NCBI RefSeq assembly: GCF_025526975.1
Contig: NW_026515676.1
Span: 806,001 to 827,089, forward strand
Length of the DNA: 21,089 nucleotides
Source: Fimicolochytrium jonesii
Taxonomy: Eukaryota
Direction: 5' to 3'
The notes beneath the pieces were generated by a model that was not told the origin of the DNA, ran no database searches, and saw nothing but the letters and a program-made list of their open reading frames with translations. Numbering within the stretch: position 1 is the stretch's first letter; each line of letters begins with the position of its first letter. Made by a program: the position numbers and the translations under genes. Positions 1-10,445 of this stretch are shown here, piece after piece.

Positions 1-1822
1 CATCTATCTCTCCAACTGGGGCCCTGAGCACGGTCGTGCCGGCGATACGCTCGAGCTCCTGTTCAACGCGCCGCAGACGTTCACATCCGCCGTGTACAGT
101 GTTCAGTTCGGCTTTTATTTGGAGAATGCTGTTAGTCAGGTGGTGTTACATTCGGGCGCTGTGATGCTGTCGTTGGGCGTGCCGGAATTGAGCTGGACGG
201 GGTATATGGAAAGCGATGTGCCGGTTGCGCTTGTGCTTGACGCGGGCGATGCGGGGAGGTGGGCTGGGCATGTTGGGTTGTTTGGGTATGTGGATGTCAA
301 GATTGAACATGGTGAGCCTGCGCTTTCTTCCCTTCTCAACAATACATATCTGTGCTGATGTCAAATCGGGTATGCTTGCCAGGCAAACAAATCACATACT
401 ATCCCAACGGCACCCATGACCCCCACATCGACCTACCCCCGACCCCACAAAGCTCGCTCTCACCCTCTCTTCCTGGGTCCGACGCCGATCTTAGCACCGA
501 CGAAGACCGCCTCATGACACCGGACCTGAGCAACTGCACATGTAAGCCCTCTTTCCACATCCCCCATGCTACCTCGTCCCCCTCACTCTCATCTCCCACA
601 GACGGCATCCCCATAATCCCGCAAACCCCACCCTTTCCCGGCCTCCTCGCCTCCCTCACTCCCCCCTCACCCGCCGACCACTTCCGCTGCAAGCACCCGA
701 CAATGATGCCCATCAGCCCCGTGGCGTCCACCGCGTCGTCGTGGTCGTCGGATTCGTATTTTAGGTGTGCGGATGGGGTTAGGTGGAATGATGAGGAAGA
801 AGTGGGCGTTGAGAAGGAGACGGAGGAGGGGGAGGAGAATGATATGGACGAGGAGAGCGAGGCGCGGGAGAGCAGCGCGGGCGAGATGGATGCGTGGGAG
901 ATTGATGAGGCGATTGAGAGGATGGGTGATGCCAATGTGTGGTATGTCATCGCTGCCTCAAATATTCCGCGCAATCTTCGGCGATGCGATATATGTTTTT
1001 CGTGCTATACTGAACACATCCCCTTCAAACAAAATTCAAACAGGACACCTCAAGAACGCCAAGCAGGCCGACGGATCGTCCAAATCGTCCGCACGTTTCC
1101 AAACCCGACCACGCTCTCCTACAGGGTCACTCCGTACAACCCTTCCCTCCCGACGGCCGACCCATCATCTACACATCTCGTTTCAAGCATCAACTGGCGC
1201 GAGAAGGGCGGTTGTTATATTACTAGTGTTGAGTATGTGTACTATCTGAGTGTTTCTCGTGGGATAAACAATTTGGTGGGATTAACAAATTAGAAACGTT
1301 TTCGCTGATGTCTTTTGTGTTAGCTTTATCTCCATGTTGGAGTTTGTTCTGCAGCAACGGTAGGTATCGCGGGCGGTGGGAATTTTGAATTAATACAATG
1401 GAGAATACCATGCGGGCTGACCCAATCATCTTGCTTAATGCCTTTCTTCCTTGCTTAATACCTCCCAATCCCCCATCGTTTATCCCAAATATCCCCATCC
1501 CTCTTGTCGTTTCCCTTTCCTCATCTCCCAACAACTACCGCAATTTCACATCTTCAATGTCCCTCATTCCCCGACCCCCCCCCCCCCCCCCCCCAGCTAC
1601 ACAACCGAAGCCAAAAACCGGATACGCCGCAATCTCGAATCCCTCCGCCCCTGCACCATCTCCCGCAAACCCACCTCCTCCTTCTTCACCCAGATAATGG
1701 CCTACCCCAACCCGCGCCCGCGCAACATTGAGAAGGATATCAAGATCTACCCCTGGAGGAAGTTGAGGGGGGCTATCGGAAAAATTGTGGCGAAGAGGGA
1801 GAAGATCCTTTGGGGGGAGTGA
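1..1822 (+). CDS. MedA (Medusa)-like / DUF7082-domain transcriptional regulator, 5'-partial, spliced
   Basis: Exons <2-311, 383-941, 1044-1232, 1324-1359 and 1597-1822 join in frame through GT..AG introns. The C-terminus reads WTPQERQAGRRIVQ...SINW...CYITSVDFISMLE...EAKNRIRRNLESLRPCTISRK...IMAYPNPRPRNIEKDIKIYPW, the motif series of the fungal MedA/DUF7082 domain. The first exon (WGPEHGRAGDTLEL...VQFG) resembles an IPT/TIG-like fold. Confidence 0.8.
1575..1594 (+). repeat. C20 homopolymer immediately before a splice acceptor
   Basis: 20 consecutive C followed directly by AG (1595-1596), the acceptor of the last MedA-like intron. Confidence 0.9.
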
Positions 1823-1920
1823 GATACGAGAGCTGCGGGGGATGTCACACAGTCGGGAGAGGGCTCGCCCTCATTATTGGAGTTCTTTTTGGTCTTTTTT
1901 TGGGCGGATGAGGTCGGAGG

Positions 1921-1958
1921 CCTCGCCCGTCCTCGCCCGTCCTCGCCCGTCCTCGCCC
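1921..1958. repeat. 10-bp tandem repeat (CCTCGCCCGT) x ~3.8
   Basis: Perfect tandem units, directly visible. Confidence 0.9.
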
Positions 1959-2167
1959 TTTGCCGCGTCGCCGGCGAGCCCGTGCGTCCGTGAGCGTCGG
2001 GCCTCGTCGGCGGGGCAGGCGGGGCGCTTGGCAGGGCAGGGGAAGGGGAGGGGCGGGCACAGGGGGTATGTATGCATTTCTAGCTTAGGATGTGAGGGGA
2101 TCTCCTTCACACGCATGTATGTAAGTATGTAGGCATTCAATATATTTGCATTTCACACAGGTTTACA

Positions 2168-2253
2168 AGGTCCCCATTGAGGAGTTATGGGAGGTGAAGG
2201 ACATTGGGAGGTCCCATTGAGGAGGTATAGCCTTTTATGAACATTGAGGAGGT
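2168..2253. repeat. Degenerate ~40-bp tandem duplication with CATTG(A)GGAG cores
   Basis: Cores start at 2175, 2202, 2215 and 2242. The pairs 2175/2215 and 2202/2242 are each 40 bp apart. Confidence 0.6.
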
Positions 2254-2408
2254 ACATCTTGGAGTCGACCTTTCGGGAGTTCGTTGAGCTGTCAAGATTG
2301 GAGTCTCACATCTGGATCCGGATAGCAGGGAAGTCACTGTTGGTTTGAACGTTATGGCATCCCGGTGGCAGAGCTCTGGGCCTTAACGGTTTTGAAAGGC
2401 TATTGATC

Positions 2409-2444
2409 TATTTTCAACGCCATAGTATATTTTCAACGCCATAG
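2409..2444. repeat. 17-bp direct repeat TATTTTCAACGCCATAG x2
   Basis: Identical copies at 2409-2425 and 2428-2444. Confidence 0.9.
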
Positions 2445-2549
2445 CAATGAATGCAGCTACTCTATATGTACAAGTTCTCTACATACCCCTGTGCCCCACC
2501 TACCAAAAGTTCGTTCGCAATCATAGAACAGAGCCGTCCAACATCCCCT

Positions 2550-3404
2550 TCACAACTGAATCTCCCAAGTCGAATAAGTGTACACCTCCTTGAACCCCAT
2601 AGCAGTCCAAGCCCCCACCGCATCATCATCGCAACCCGCAGTCAACATCACCTCAAACCCCAACTCAACAGCTTTCGTGACCGTCCTCGCCAACAACGCC
2701 TTGGTGATACCCTTCTTCCTCCACGCCTCTGCCACGCCCGAACCCTGCAGGTACGCCACACCGCGGTGGACTCGGAGCGTCATGTACGCCACCGTCTCCT
2801 CCCCAGCAGTTGCAAGAAGGTGGTAGTCACCATACCGGTCGGTCATCTCCGCCAGCGCAGCCGGCAGATGGGAGGCATGCGTGGGGATGTACACAAAAAC
2901 ATCGCTCTCAATGTCGCATCGGGCGGCGAATCGTGGATCGGTTGACGATGTGATCTCGTGGATCGTCACCCCCTCTGGCGGGGGAATGGATGTGGGCGCG
3001 ATGGTGGTGCCGTGCGTATCCACCATCTCCAACAGTCTCGCCACATCCGTATGCGTGAACTCGCGTTTTGTGAACCCGGCTTGCTCGAGTATGGAGGGCG
3101 TGGCATGCGGCGATGCCACGCCCCCATCCACCCATACCTTCACGCCTTTGCCTAATCCCTCCAAAATACCAGCCAAATCACCCTGCATGTCCTCCTCAGC
3201 GCCAATGTGGTCGTATATGAAGATGTGGGTGAATTTGGCGCCTTTCTGGTAGTGGTAAGTGAAGGATGGGGTTGTGATGATGGTGGCGGAGGGGTTGGCG
3301 AAAGACATGGAGGTCCGTTCGTCCCAGCACGCGGATTTGATGAAGGCGGAGAGGAGGGCGGTGGTGGATGTGCGAGGGATCGGGGTGACGGGTTGGATTG
3401 TCAT
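2550..3404 (-). CDS. GNAT-family N-acetyltransferase (284 aa, intronless)
   Basis: C-terminal GNAT motif A (YLQGSGVAEAWRKKGITKALL) and motif B (AVGAWTAMGF). I placed the start at MTIQP (ATG 3404) because the 120-codon upstream extension of the ORF runs into non-coding repeat sequence. Confidence 0.8.
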   Translation of the reverse strand: MTIQPVTPIPRTSTTALLSAFIKSACWDERTSMSFANPSATIITTPSFTYHYQKGAKFTHIFIYDHIGAEEDMQGDLAGILEGLGKGVKVWVDGGVASPHATPSILEQAGFTKREFTHTDVARLLEMVDTHGTTIAPTSIPPPEGVTIHEITSSTDPRFAARCDIESDVFVYIPTHASHLPAALAEMTDRYGDYHLLATAGEETVAYMTLRVHRGVAYLQGSGVAEAWRKKGITKALLARTVTKAVELGFEVMLTAGCDDDAVGAWTAMGFKEVYTYSTWEIQL

Positions 3405-3591
3405 TTCTCTGTGTTGTGCTGTTTGGGTAAATGTGCTGCGGTTGACTCGTTCGTTGGTTGATAGTCGTGCTGTGAGAACAGGGTTGAGGGAGGTGGAGAA
3501 GGGGTGCCTGCACTTTATGTACGTAGGGTGGGTGGGTGGACAAGCGCCCTTTTGACGCGTATTTTGACACACGCATTCGGTCGACGCAAGA

Positions 3592-4025
3592 ACTCCGACC
3601 AACGTACAACAGGAGGACGAGCGTGATTGGGATCTGGAAGCAGTGACTTGGTGATGACCGTCGGGATGAAGCCGTCGGTGCGCCATACAAATGTCCCATG
3701 CGCATGCGCAGAGGACACCGTCCAGAGGAGCACCGTCCAGAGGAGCACCGTCTACGTGCCACATCCATCATGCATCTCTCCTCAACCCCCAAAAACAACT
3801 GCTCGTAACCAAACATGGCAAAAAAATCATATTTTCCAAAAAGAGACCAGGGTTGAAAAACAAGCGGGGGGACACAGCCATGTGCAAGTAATTTTGCCTC
3901 CACAACTGCCTGGCAGAGCTGAAATGGGGACAACAAATAAATGCGAGGAAAGAAATGCGGTTAAGATACGTGCGATACAGTATAAGGTATGGGTATAAGG
4001 GGGTACGCAGAGTGCAAGTTTTTCT
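3592..4025. repeat. ~430-bp dispersed repeat, copy 1
   Basis: Aligns by eye at high identity to 17742-18372, from ACTCCGACCAAC to GCAAGTTTTTCT. It has one more 15-bp CACCGTCCAGAGGAG unit than copy 2. Confidence 0.92.
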
Positions 4026-4369
4026 ACCCGGTCACCCTCGTCACTTCCCTTCCCCTCACTTCCAATTCCCGGGTCGAGTATGATACAAGACCTTTGGCAC
4101 GGGCAAGACTCTGATGCGCTATGCAAGAGTGTGGGAAATGAGAGTATCTGTGACACTGCTTGTTTTGAAACAATGTTGTTGGGATTCTACGTACTGATCA
4201 TTGTCGTCTGTTCTTTTTCCTTCAGACGGAAGTCTCTGCAACGGGAGACAATCACAATCACAATCACCAACTTTTCACTAGACAAAATACACAAAGTCTA
4301 TTGAAAACGTTCAAAAGTCTCTGATCGCCCGCGTATGTGACCTGCAACGTCCACACCTTCCTCATGTAG

Positions 4370-5431
4370 TCAAAACAGCTTATTGATACGCCCAACAAGC
4401 TGCTCATTGATCTGTACAGATGAACCAAGACGAGTTGAGTCAGGTCCTCTAACAGATGATGTGGTTGCATGCGCATCCTCGGGTCCCCGCCAAATGATCT
4501 CTACTACGCCGTCGCATGGCTCAAAGTCAACATGTACTCGGTAGTCTGCATTTGCAAAGACTCCACCGGCACAGGCAAACCCATCCGCCTTGGTTTTCAG
4601 ATGGCCCGTCGTCTCCCATAGAGGGAGCAACCCATAAGTGAGGTTTGACCTATCATTGTCACGGTGAAATTTGTTGGCAAAGTCATGGGATGTGGCGGTG
4701 ATGTTGCTGGCGAACAAGTCATTGGGTACAAGGTTGGCGAACTCTGATTGTGAGAAAGTAGGTACGCGTAGTTCCTTTGCATGCTCTTTGATCTGAGACA
4801 GCAAGTAAGGTGAAAACTCATTGAGGAAGTGCTGATAGTGTGCTTCAATTTTAGGTAACTCAGCTTGTAAGGCGGGCCATTTCTCCTTGCTGACCGTGGC
4901 CTTCTTCATCAGCGGCTGATAGATCTCCGTGGTCCTTCCCCTGTCTGTGCCACCACGCCAGCCAACGGCAATCATAGTGCCAGCCGTCTGGGCACTATTC
5001 ACCTTTACATGATGAGACAGCTTGCGCTGTTGATGCAGGTGGAGGGCGATCTCTTCGAATCGCTTCCTGTCAGCCGCTGACATGGTGCCAAATGGGTGAA
5101 ATTTTGCCGCGAATACAATCTTGTTCGTTTCCTTGTCAGTAACAACTACGATCTTCTGATCAAGGTGGGTGTATCGATTGTCATGATCAACTTCTCCAGT
5201 GTACTGCTTGAGGGAGTCATTATAGGTGAGATGCTTTCCGAAGGGGTGCGGTTTGGTTTGCTGCTCTTTTTTCCGTTTGCGCCAGATGATGTATGGGCGG
5301 CCATCATCTACCGTATGATCAATTGGTGAGTGAGTGAGTGAGTCTCACTCAATGCAGTGAATTCCCACTTAGGTGTATTTACCTTGGTCATTCCGATCAA
5401 CGTGAGGTTAATCCTCACCAACGGACTTCAA
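4370..5431 (-). pseudogene. Tet-like 2OG-Fe(II) dioxygenase, 3' part (catalytic exon 4370-5307; intron 5308-5382; exon-1 remnant 5383-5431)
   Basis: Motifs GTMIAVGWR, FANKF-HRD-ND (HxD), GGVF, DGVVEIIW, A-H-ATT (distal His) and T-R-LGSSVQ (2OG-binding Arg) fit a TET/JBP-like double-stranded beta-helix fold (resembles Pfam 2OG-FeII_Oxy_6). The frame is open upstream of the ORF-track Met, up to the acceptor at 5308. There is an in-frame TAA at 5408-5410. Confidence 0.75.
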
Positions 5432-5969
5432 TGTTATGATCTCGACGACGGGGCGGAAGCGAAGTAGAGAAGACAGGGCGAGTGTGATAGGCGACAAGAG
5501 ATTGTATTGGCGAAACAAGAAACAAGGACTAGAACAGGAGATGAGAAGAACTGGTGTTGATCTGCTGGGGAGGAAGGGAATGAACGAAGAGAGGCCGGCT
5601 ATTTATAGATAGGCAACCCAGCAGATCAGAGAACAACAACAACAAGAGGGGACTGGGGGGGCGCCAGCTATGCTCCTAGAGCGTGCGTGGCGAGCGTAGA
5701 GAGCATTGCTACAGCTGCTGGCTATGGGGAAGTAGTGGGGGGTGTGGAGAAGCCGAGGGGGGATTGGCAAAATGAGAGGAGAGAGGAGGAGTGGCGATAT
5801 TGCAAGAGGATTGGCGAAATGAGAGGAGAGAGGAGGAGTGGCATTGACATTGTCATTGACACTGACATTGACACTGACATTGACATTGACATTGGCGTTT
5901 GACATTTGGCGGTTGACATTGGCGGCTGTCAGTAGGTAAGCTTATGGTATGGGCGCGCCGTCCATAACA
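5432..5969 (-). repeat. 3' LTR (538 bp)
   Basis: About 7 substitutions versus 11488-12025 by my count. Preceded on the minus strand by a polypurine tract. Confidence 0.97.
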
Positions 5970-5983
5970 TCACCCCTCTCTTT
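5970..5983 (-). other. Polypurine tract (PPT)
   Basis: Minus-strand AAAGAGAGGGGTGA directly abuts the 3' LTR and overlaps the integrase stop codon. Confidence 0.88.
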
Positions 5984-7360
5984 AGCGGCGGCGGCGGCGG
6001 CGTCCAGTTTGGTGTGGCCGCAGAGGAGGAGCTACGGGGACAGAGGAAGGCTTGTTGGGGTACGCGCTGTGGAAGTCCTGGAGGAGTGCGTCGGTATAGG
6101 TGAGGTGTTCCACGGGCTCCCAGGTGTTCTCGGAGTCAGGCCAGCCCTGCCATTTGACCAAGTACTGAAGGCGACGACAATGGATGCGAGAGTCAAGGAT
6201 GGCTTCGACAACCGACTCTTCTTGACCCTCAACGGTCTCTGGGGGCGCGGGTTCGGGTTCGTGTCGTTCGGGGATGGTGAAGCGGGGTTCGAGGAGCGAG
6301 ACATGGAAGACATCGTGGATTTTGTACGTAGGCGGGAGCTTGAGCCGGTAGGCGACGGGATTGATTTTTTCAACGATGGGGAATGGCCCAATCTTGGGAT
6401 GGTCGAGTTTCTGAGAGGGCCGGGTTGTCTGGAGGTTTTTGCGGAGGAGCCAGACGTGGTCGCCAGGCTTGAAGTCCGGTCCAGGAATTCGTTTAGCGTC
6501 GGCGTAGCGCTTCATTTGATCTTGGGCTTCCTTGAGCTCGAGGGCGAGCTGTTCATGGACTTCACTGATTTGTTTAGCGTGGGCTTCAGCAGCGGGGTTG
6601 ACGGATTTGGAGGTAGCAGAGGCCGCGAAGCTGAAGCGGGGGGGGAGACCCTTGTTGGCGTAGAAGGGGATGGTCTGGGAGGCGGACTGGTGGGTGTTGT
6701 TGTAGGCGAACTCGGTGGACGACAGAAGCTGTTTCCAGTTGTCCTGTTGGTGGTTGCAAAAGCATCGGAGATACTGCTCCAGGATCTGGTTGGTGCGTTC
6801 CGTCTGGCCATCGCTCTGGGGGTGGAAGGCCGAGGAGAGGTTGGCTTTTGCCCGAAGGAGTTCGAGAAGTCGACGCCAGAACCGGGACTTAAACTCGGGT
6901 CCTCGGTCAGAGATGACGTCGTCGGGGAGGCCGTGGAGACGGATGATGTTGTGGAAGACTAGGTCGGCGGTGGATTCGGCGGATTCTGACTCGCTGCAGG
7001 CGATGAAGTGGGCCATCTTGGTGAGGCGACAGTTGACGTTCAGGAATGGAGTCGTACCCGTCCACGGGAGGCAGACCGGTGATAAAGTCCAGGGACCAAG
7101 ATCCCCAAGGGCGGGTAGGGATACTGTTAGGCTGGAGTAGGCCATATGGTTTGTGTCGACTGGAGTTTCGCTTGGCTACAGGACAGGTATCGCAGGACTT
7201 GTGGTAGGCCTTGACGAAGCGCCACTGGCTGTGCCACCAGTAGTTGCGGGAGGCGAGTTCGAGCGTCTTGGACATCCCAAAGTGGCCGGCTAGGAGTGTA
7301 TCGTGCATGTCGTGGCAGACTTCAGCTCGGAGCTCGTTGGTGGGGACATAGACCAGGGTT
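5982..7360 (-). pseudogene. pol: pol: integrase (HHCC zinc finger, D-D-E core, GPY/F) plus chromodomain, frameshifted
   Basis: MHD..AGHFG..SCDTC zinc finger; SLDFIT / ISDRG / QTERTN catalytic triad; KIGPFPI; chromodomain VEAILDSR..QYLVKWQGWPDSENTWEP. Frameshifts near 7357 and 7045. Confidence 0.93.
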
Positions 7361-8985
7361 ATCGTGCAGCAGGATCCCATCTTCATCTGAGAACCGCTTG
7401 ATACGATCTTGGGTTTCCTCGGTTCGTTGGGCGAGGGGTATCTTGAGCTTTTGCCGAATGGTCTTAGCGAGGGGATCAGAGGCCTGGGCGGCCTTAATCT
7501 TGTCAAGCAGCATGGTATCCATGGGTGTGAGGTAGGCCGCGGCGAGTCGAAGGCGTTCGGGAGTCAAAATTGTGGTTGCCTGGGAGCGGAACGCCTCTTC
7601 CCCCTTTTTTAGCTCATGTTCGGAGCGTTGGGAGAGGGCATCGGCTTGGTGCTGCTGGGAACCGGGGCGATAGGTAATGACAAAGTCAAAATCCGAGAAG
7701 AATATCGACCAGCGGGCTTGGCGGCGGTTCAGGGTGCGGGTGGTCATGAAGTACTGAAGGTTTTTATGGTCGGAGTAAACGGTGATCTTGTGACGGGCGC
7801 CAATGAGATGGTGTCGCCACTGGGCAAAGGAGTCTTGGATGGCCAGAAGTTCCTTGTCGTAGATCTCGTAGTTGATCTCTTCGGCCGTGAATTTGCGAGA
7901 GTGGAAGGCCACGGGGTGGAGCTGATTGTCCTGGTCAGGTTGGAGGAGAACTGCGCCAAGAGCGAAGTCGGAGGCGTCAGTTTCGACGACGAAGGGCTTC
8001 TCTGGGTCAGGGTGAGCAAGGATGGGGGCGGTGGTGAATGCTTTCTTCAGGTTCTCGAAGGCGGTGTTTGCGGCGGGTGTCCAGGCGTACGGGATGTCTT
8101 TCCGGGTCAGGGCTGTGAGCGGGGTAGCGATCTTGGAATAACCTTGGATGAATCGGCAATAGAAGTTGGCAAAGCCGAGGAACCGCTGGACGCCTTTGAC
8201 ATTCTTGGGAGGTTCCCAATCCGTGATGGCAGCGATCTTCTTGGGGTCCATCTGGATGCCTTTCTTGGAGATGATGAAGCCTAGGAACTCAACGGATTCG
8301 CGGTTGAATTCGCACTTCTCTGGTTTGGCGTACAACCCATGCTGTCGGAGGCGGGACAAGACTTCGCGGACATGTTTGGGGTGATCTTCGGGGTTATTGG
8401 AGAATATCAGGATATCATCGAGGTAGACGACAACAAACACATCGAGAATGTAGCAGAAGATGTCGTTCATCAGGTACTGGAAGACGCCAGGAGCATTGCT
8501 GAGTCCAAAGGGCATGACATTGTATTCGAATAGGCCGTAGCGGCAGCGGAAGGCGGTCTTCCATTCATCGCCCGGGCGCATGCGTAAGAGGTTATAAGCG
8601 CCGTGGAGGTCGATCTTGGTGAGACGGTGGGCGCCGCGCAAACAATCCATGATACCGTTGATCAGGGGCAGGGGGTAGCGATTCTTCACCGTGATGCTGT
8701 TCAGGCCTCGATAATCCACGCAGAGGCGGAGAGAACCGTCCTTTTTCTTCACGAATAAGACTGGCGCACCGGCAGGGGACTTTGAGGGTTTGATGAATCC
8801 TTGGGCGAGGTTTTCTTGGAGGTATTCGCAGAGTGCCTTCATTTCTGGTTCGCTGAGGCTGTAGATCGGGCCGAAAGGTGGCTGCTTGCCTTCTTCCAGA
8901 TCGATTGGACAGTCGTAGGGCCGGTGCTCGGGGAGAGTGTCAGCATTTCTCTTTTCGAAAACGTCGGCAAAATCTTGATATTCGG
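7322..8985 (-). pseudogene. pol: pol: reverse transcriptase and RNase H
   Basis: RT motifs LRLCVDYRGLN, KTAF, MPFGL and YLDD. RNase H motifs TDAS, EINYEIYDKELLAI, SDHKNL and ADALS. The frame extends upstream of 8842 to a 1-bp slip in a C run near 8986. Confidence 0.96.
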
Positions 8986-9297
8986 GGGCAAGAAGTCTTT
9001 GATGTTTTTCTCGGGTGTCGGGGGGTTACTGGGGCTAGGCGAGGCAGGGAGATCGGGTTTTGCAGGGTTGGCGTAGGCAACAAAGACCTGGTCATGCCTT
9101 GCTGCGACCCGGAAGGCTGGGGCGGAGATGAACGAGACTTGGAGCGGCGTGGGAGCCGGTTCTGGGGTGCTGGAGCGAGATACCTTGGGTACTGGAATCG
9201 ACCATGTTTCGTCGACGGGGATTTCATCCTGGGGGATGCGGATCAAGGGCTCGGGGGTTCTGGCGGGTGCTGGGCTCGGGGGTGCTGGAGAGTTGTC

Positions 9298-9714
9298 TCA
9301 ATTCGCGAATTCATGGTACTGGCAGTCGCAACGGAAACCGACTGAAAGGTTCTTGAAGTCAAGGTTAATGTCGTGGAGGCGGAGCCAGGGGAGACCAAGG
9401 AGGATTGGAGCATGGGGTGATTTGGTGACATGGAAGACGAGTTCTTCGAAGTGGTCGTCGACCCACATGCCTACTGGTTGGGTGTGATGGGTGATTGGCC
9501 CAGCAGAGCTGGGTTGACCGTCGACGAGTTCGATTGTCAGTGGACGCTCATGCGGGACTAGGGCGATGCGGTGTTTGCGGGCAAAGTCTCTGTCGATGAA
9601 GCAGGACAGGGCACCGTTGTCGATCATGGCTGAGGTAGGTATTGGGGCGCAGCTGGATGATACCATGATGGTAACGGGGTAGTTGAAGGGTTCGACGGGA
9701 CCCAGCGCAAGCAT
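9298..9714 (-). pseudogene. pol: pol: retropepsin-like aspartic protease
   Basis: AMIDNGA (D[S/T]G altered to DNG) and ILLGLPWL. The TGA at 9298-9300 is an in-frame nonsense codon; the same frame resumes in ORF 8839-9246. Confidence 0.88.
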
Positions 9715-9744
9715 GGCGCGGGGGTTAATTTCGGAGTTTTCGAC

Positions 9745-10284
9745 TGTTATGATCTCGACGACGGAGGCGGAAGCGAAGTAGAGAAGACAGGGCGAGAGTG
9801 ATAGGCGACAAGAGATTGTATTGGCGAAACAAGAAACAAGGACTAGAACAAGAGATGAGAAGAACTGGTGTTGATCTGCTTGGGAGGAAGGGAACGGACG
9901 AAGAGAGGCCGGCTATTTATAGATAGGCAACCCAGCAGATCAGAGAACAACAACAACAAGAGGGGACTGGGGGGGCGCCAGCTATGCTCCTAGAGCGTGC
10001 GTGGTGAGCGTAGAGAGCATTGCTACAGCTGCTGGCTATGGGGAAGTAGTGGGGGGGTGTGGAGAAGCCGAGTGGGGATTGGCGAAATGAGAGGAGAGAG
10101 GAGGAGTGGCAATATTGCAAGGGGATTGGCGAAATGAGAGGAGAGAGGGGGAGTGGCATTGACATTGACATTGACACTGACATTGACACTGACATTGACA
10201 TTGACATTGGCGTTTGACATTTGGCGGTTGACATTGGCGGCTGTCAGTAGGTAAGCTTATGGTATGGGCGCGTCGTCCATAACA
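9745..10284 (-). mobile_element. Nested solo LTR of the same family (540 bp)
   Basis: Complete LTR with its own 5-bp TSD TCGAC (9740-9744 and 10285-10289). No PBS or PPT is adjacent. Confidence 0.95.
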
Positions 10285-10400
10285 TCGACATGGGCAGCGG
10301 CTAGGAGGGTTGTGTCGGCTATAAGGGAGTCGGGAACCAGGGGGGTGGCCTCTCCCGTTGCAGGAGCTGCGAGGTTAGGAGGCCCGGGGCGGTGTGTGTT

Positions 10401-10445
10401 GTCCAGTCGCTGGGGCTTTACTGCGGCTGGACTTTGGGAAAACCC
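10401..10445 (-). promoter_or_regulatory. -1 ribosomal frameshift signal (gag-pol)
   Basis: In-phase G GGT TTT heptamer (10445-10439), a 6-nt spacer, then the stem GTCCAGCCGC/GCGACTGGAC. The -1 frame leads into the protease once the solo LTR is removed. Confidence 0.8.

Noticed and set aside
2168..2253. CRISPR-like spaced repeats
   Set aside because: Eukaryotic context, 10-bp cores with irregular spacing, and no cas genes. A degenerate tandem duplication explains it.
3405..3764. 120-aa N-terminal extension of the GNAT ORF
   Set aside because: It starts at a non-ATG codon inside the dispersed repeat and translates its 15-bp tandem units (DGAPL x2).
3627..3998. Apparently duplicated small protein (also 18160-18345)
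   Set aside because: It only reflects the DNA repeat, and the frame is not preserved between copies.
3592..4025. Helitron, SINE or TIR-element call for the dispersed repeat
   Set aside because: I found no A|TC..CTRR|T ends, Pol III boxes, poly(A) tail, TIRs or TSD, so it is left unclassified.
5603..5919. ORFs encoding (NV)n, (SM)n and (ID)n peptides, repeated at about 9917-10234, 11659-11975 and 13919-14366
   Set aside because: They are translations of the LTR hexamer array in different frames, and their frames are not conserved between LTR copies.
5949..6962. 337-aa plus-strand ORF (also 7616-8284, 10394-10876 and 18442-19376)
   Set aside because: Antisense shadows of GC-rich coding sequence (pol, gag, CUL3) with no recognisable motifs.
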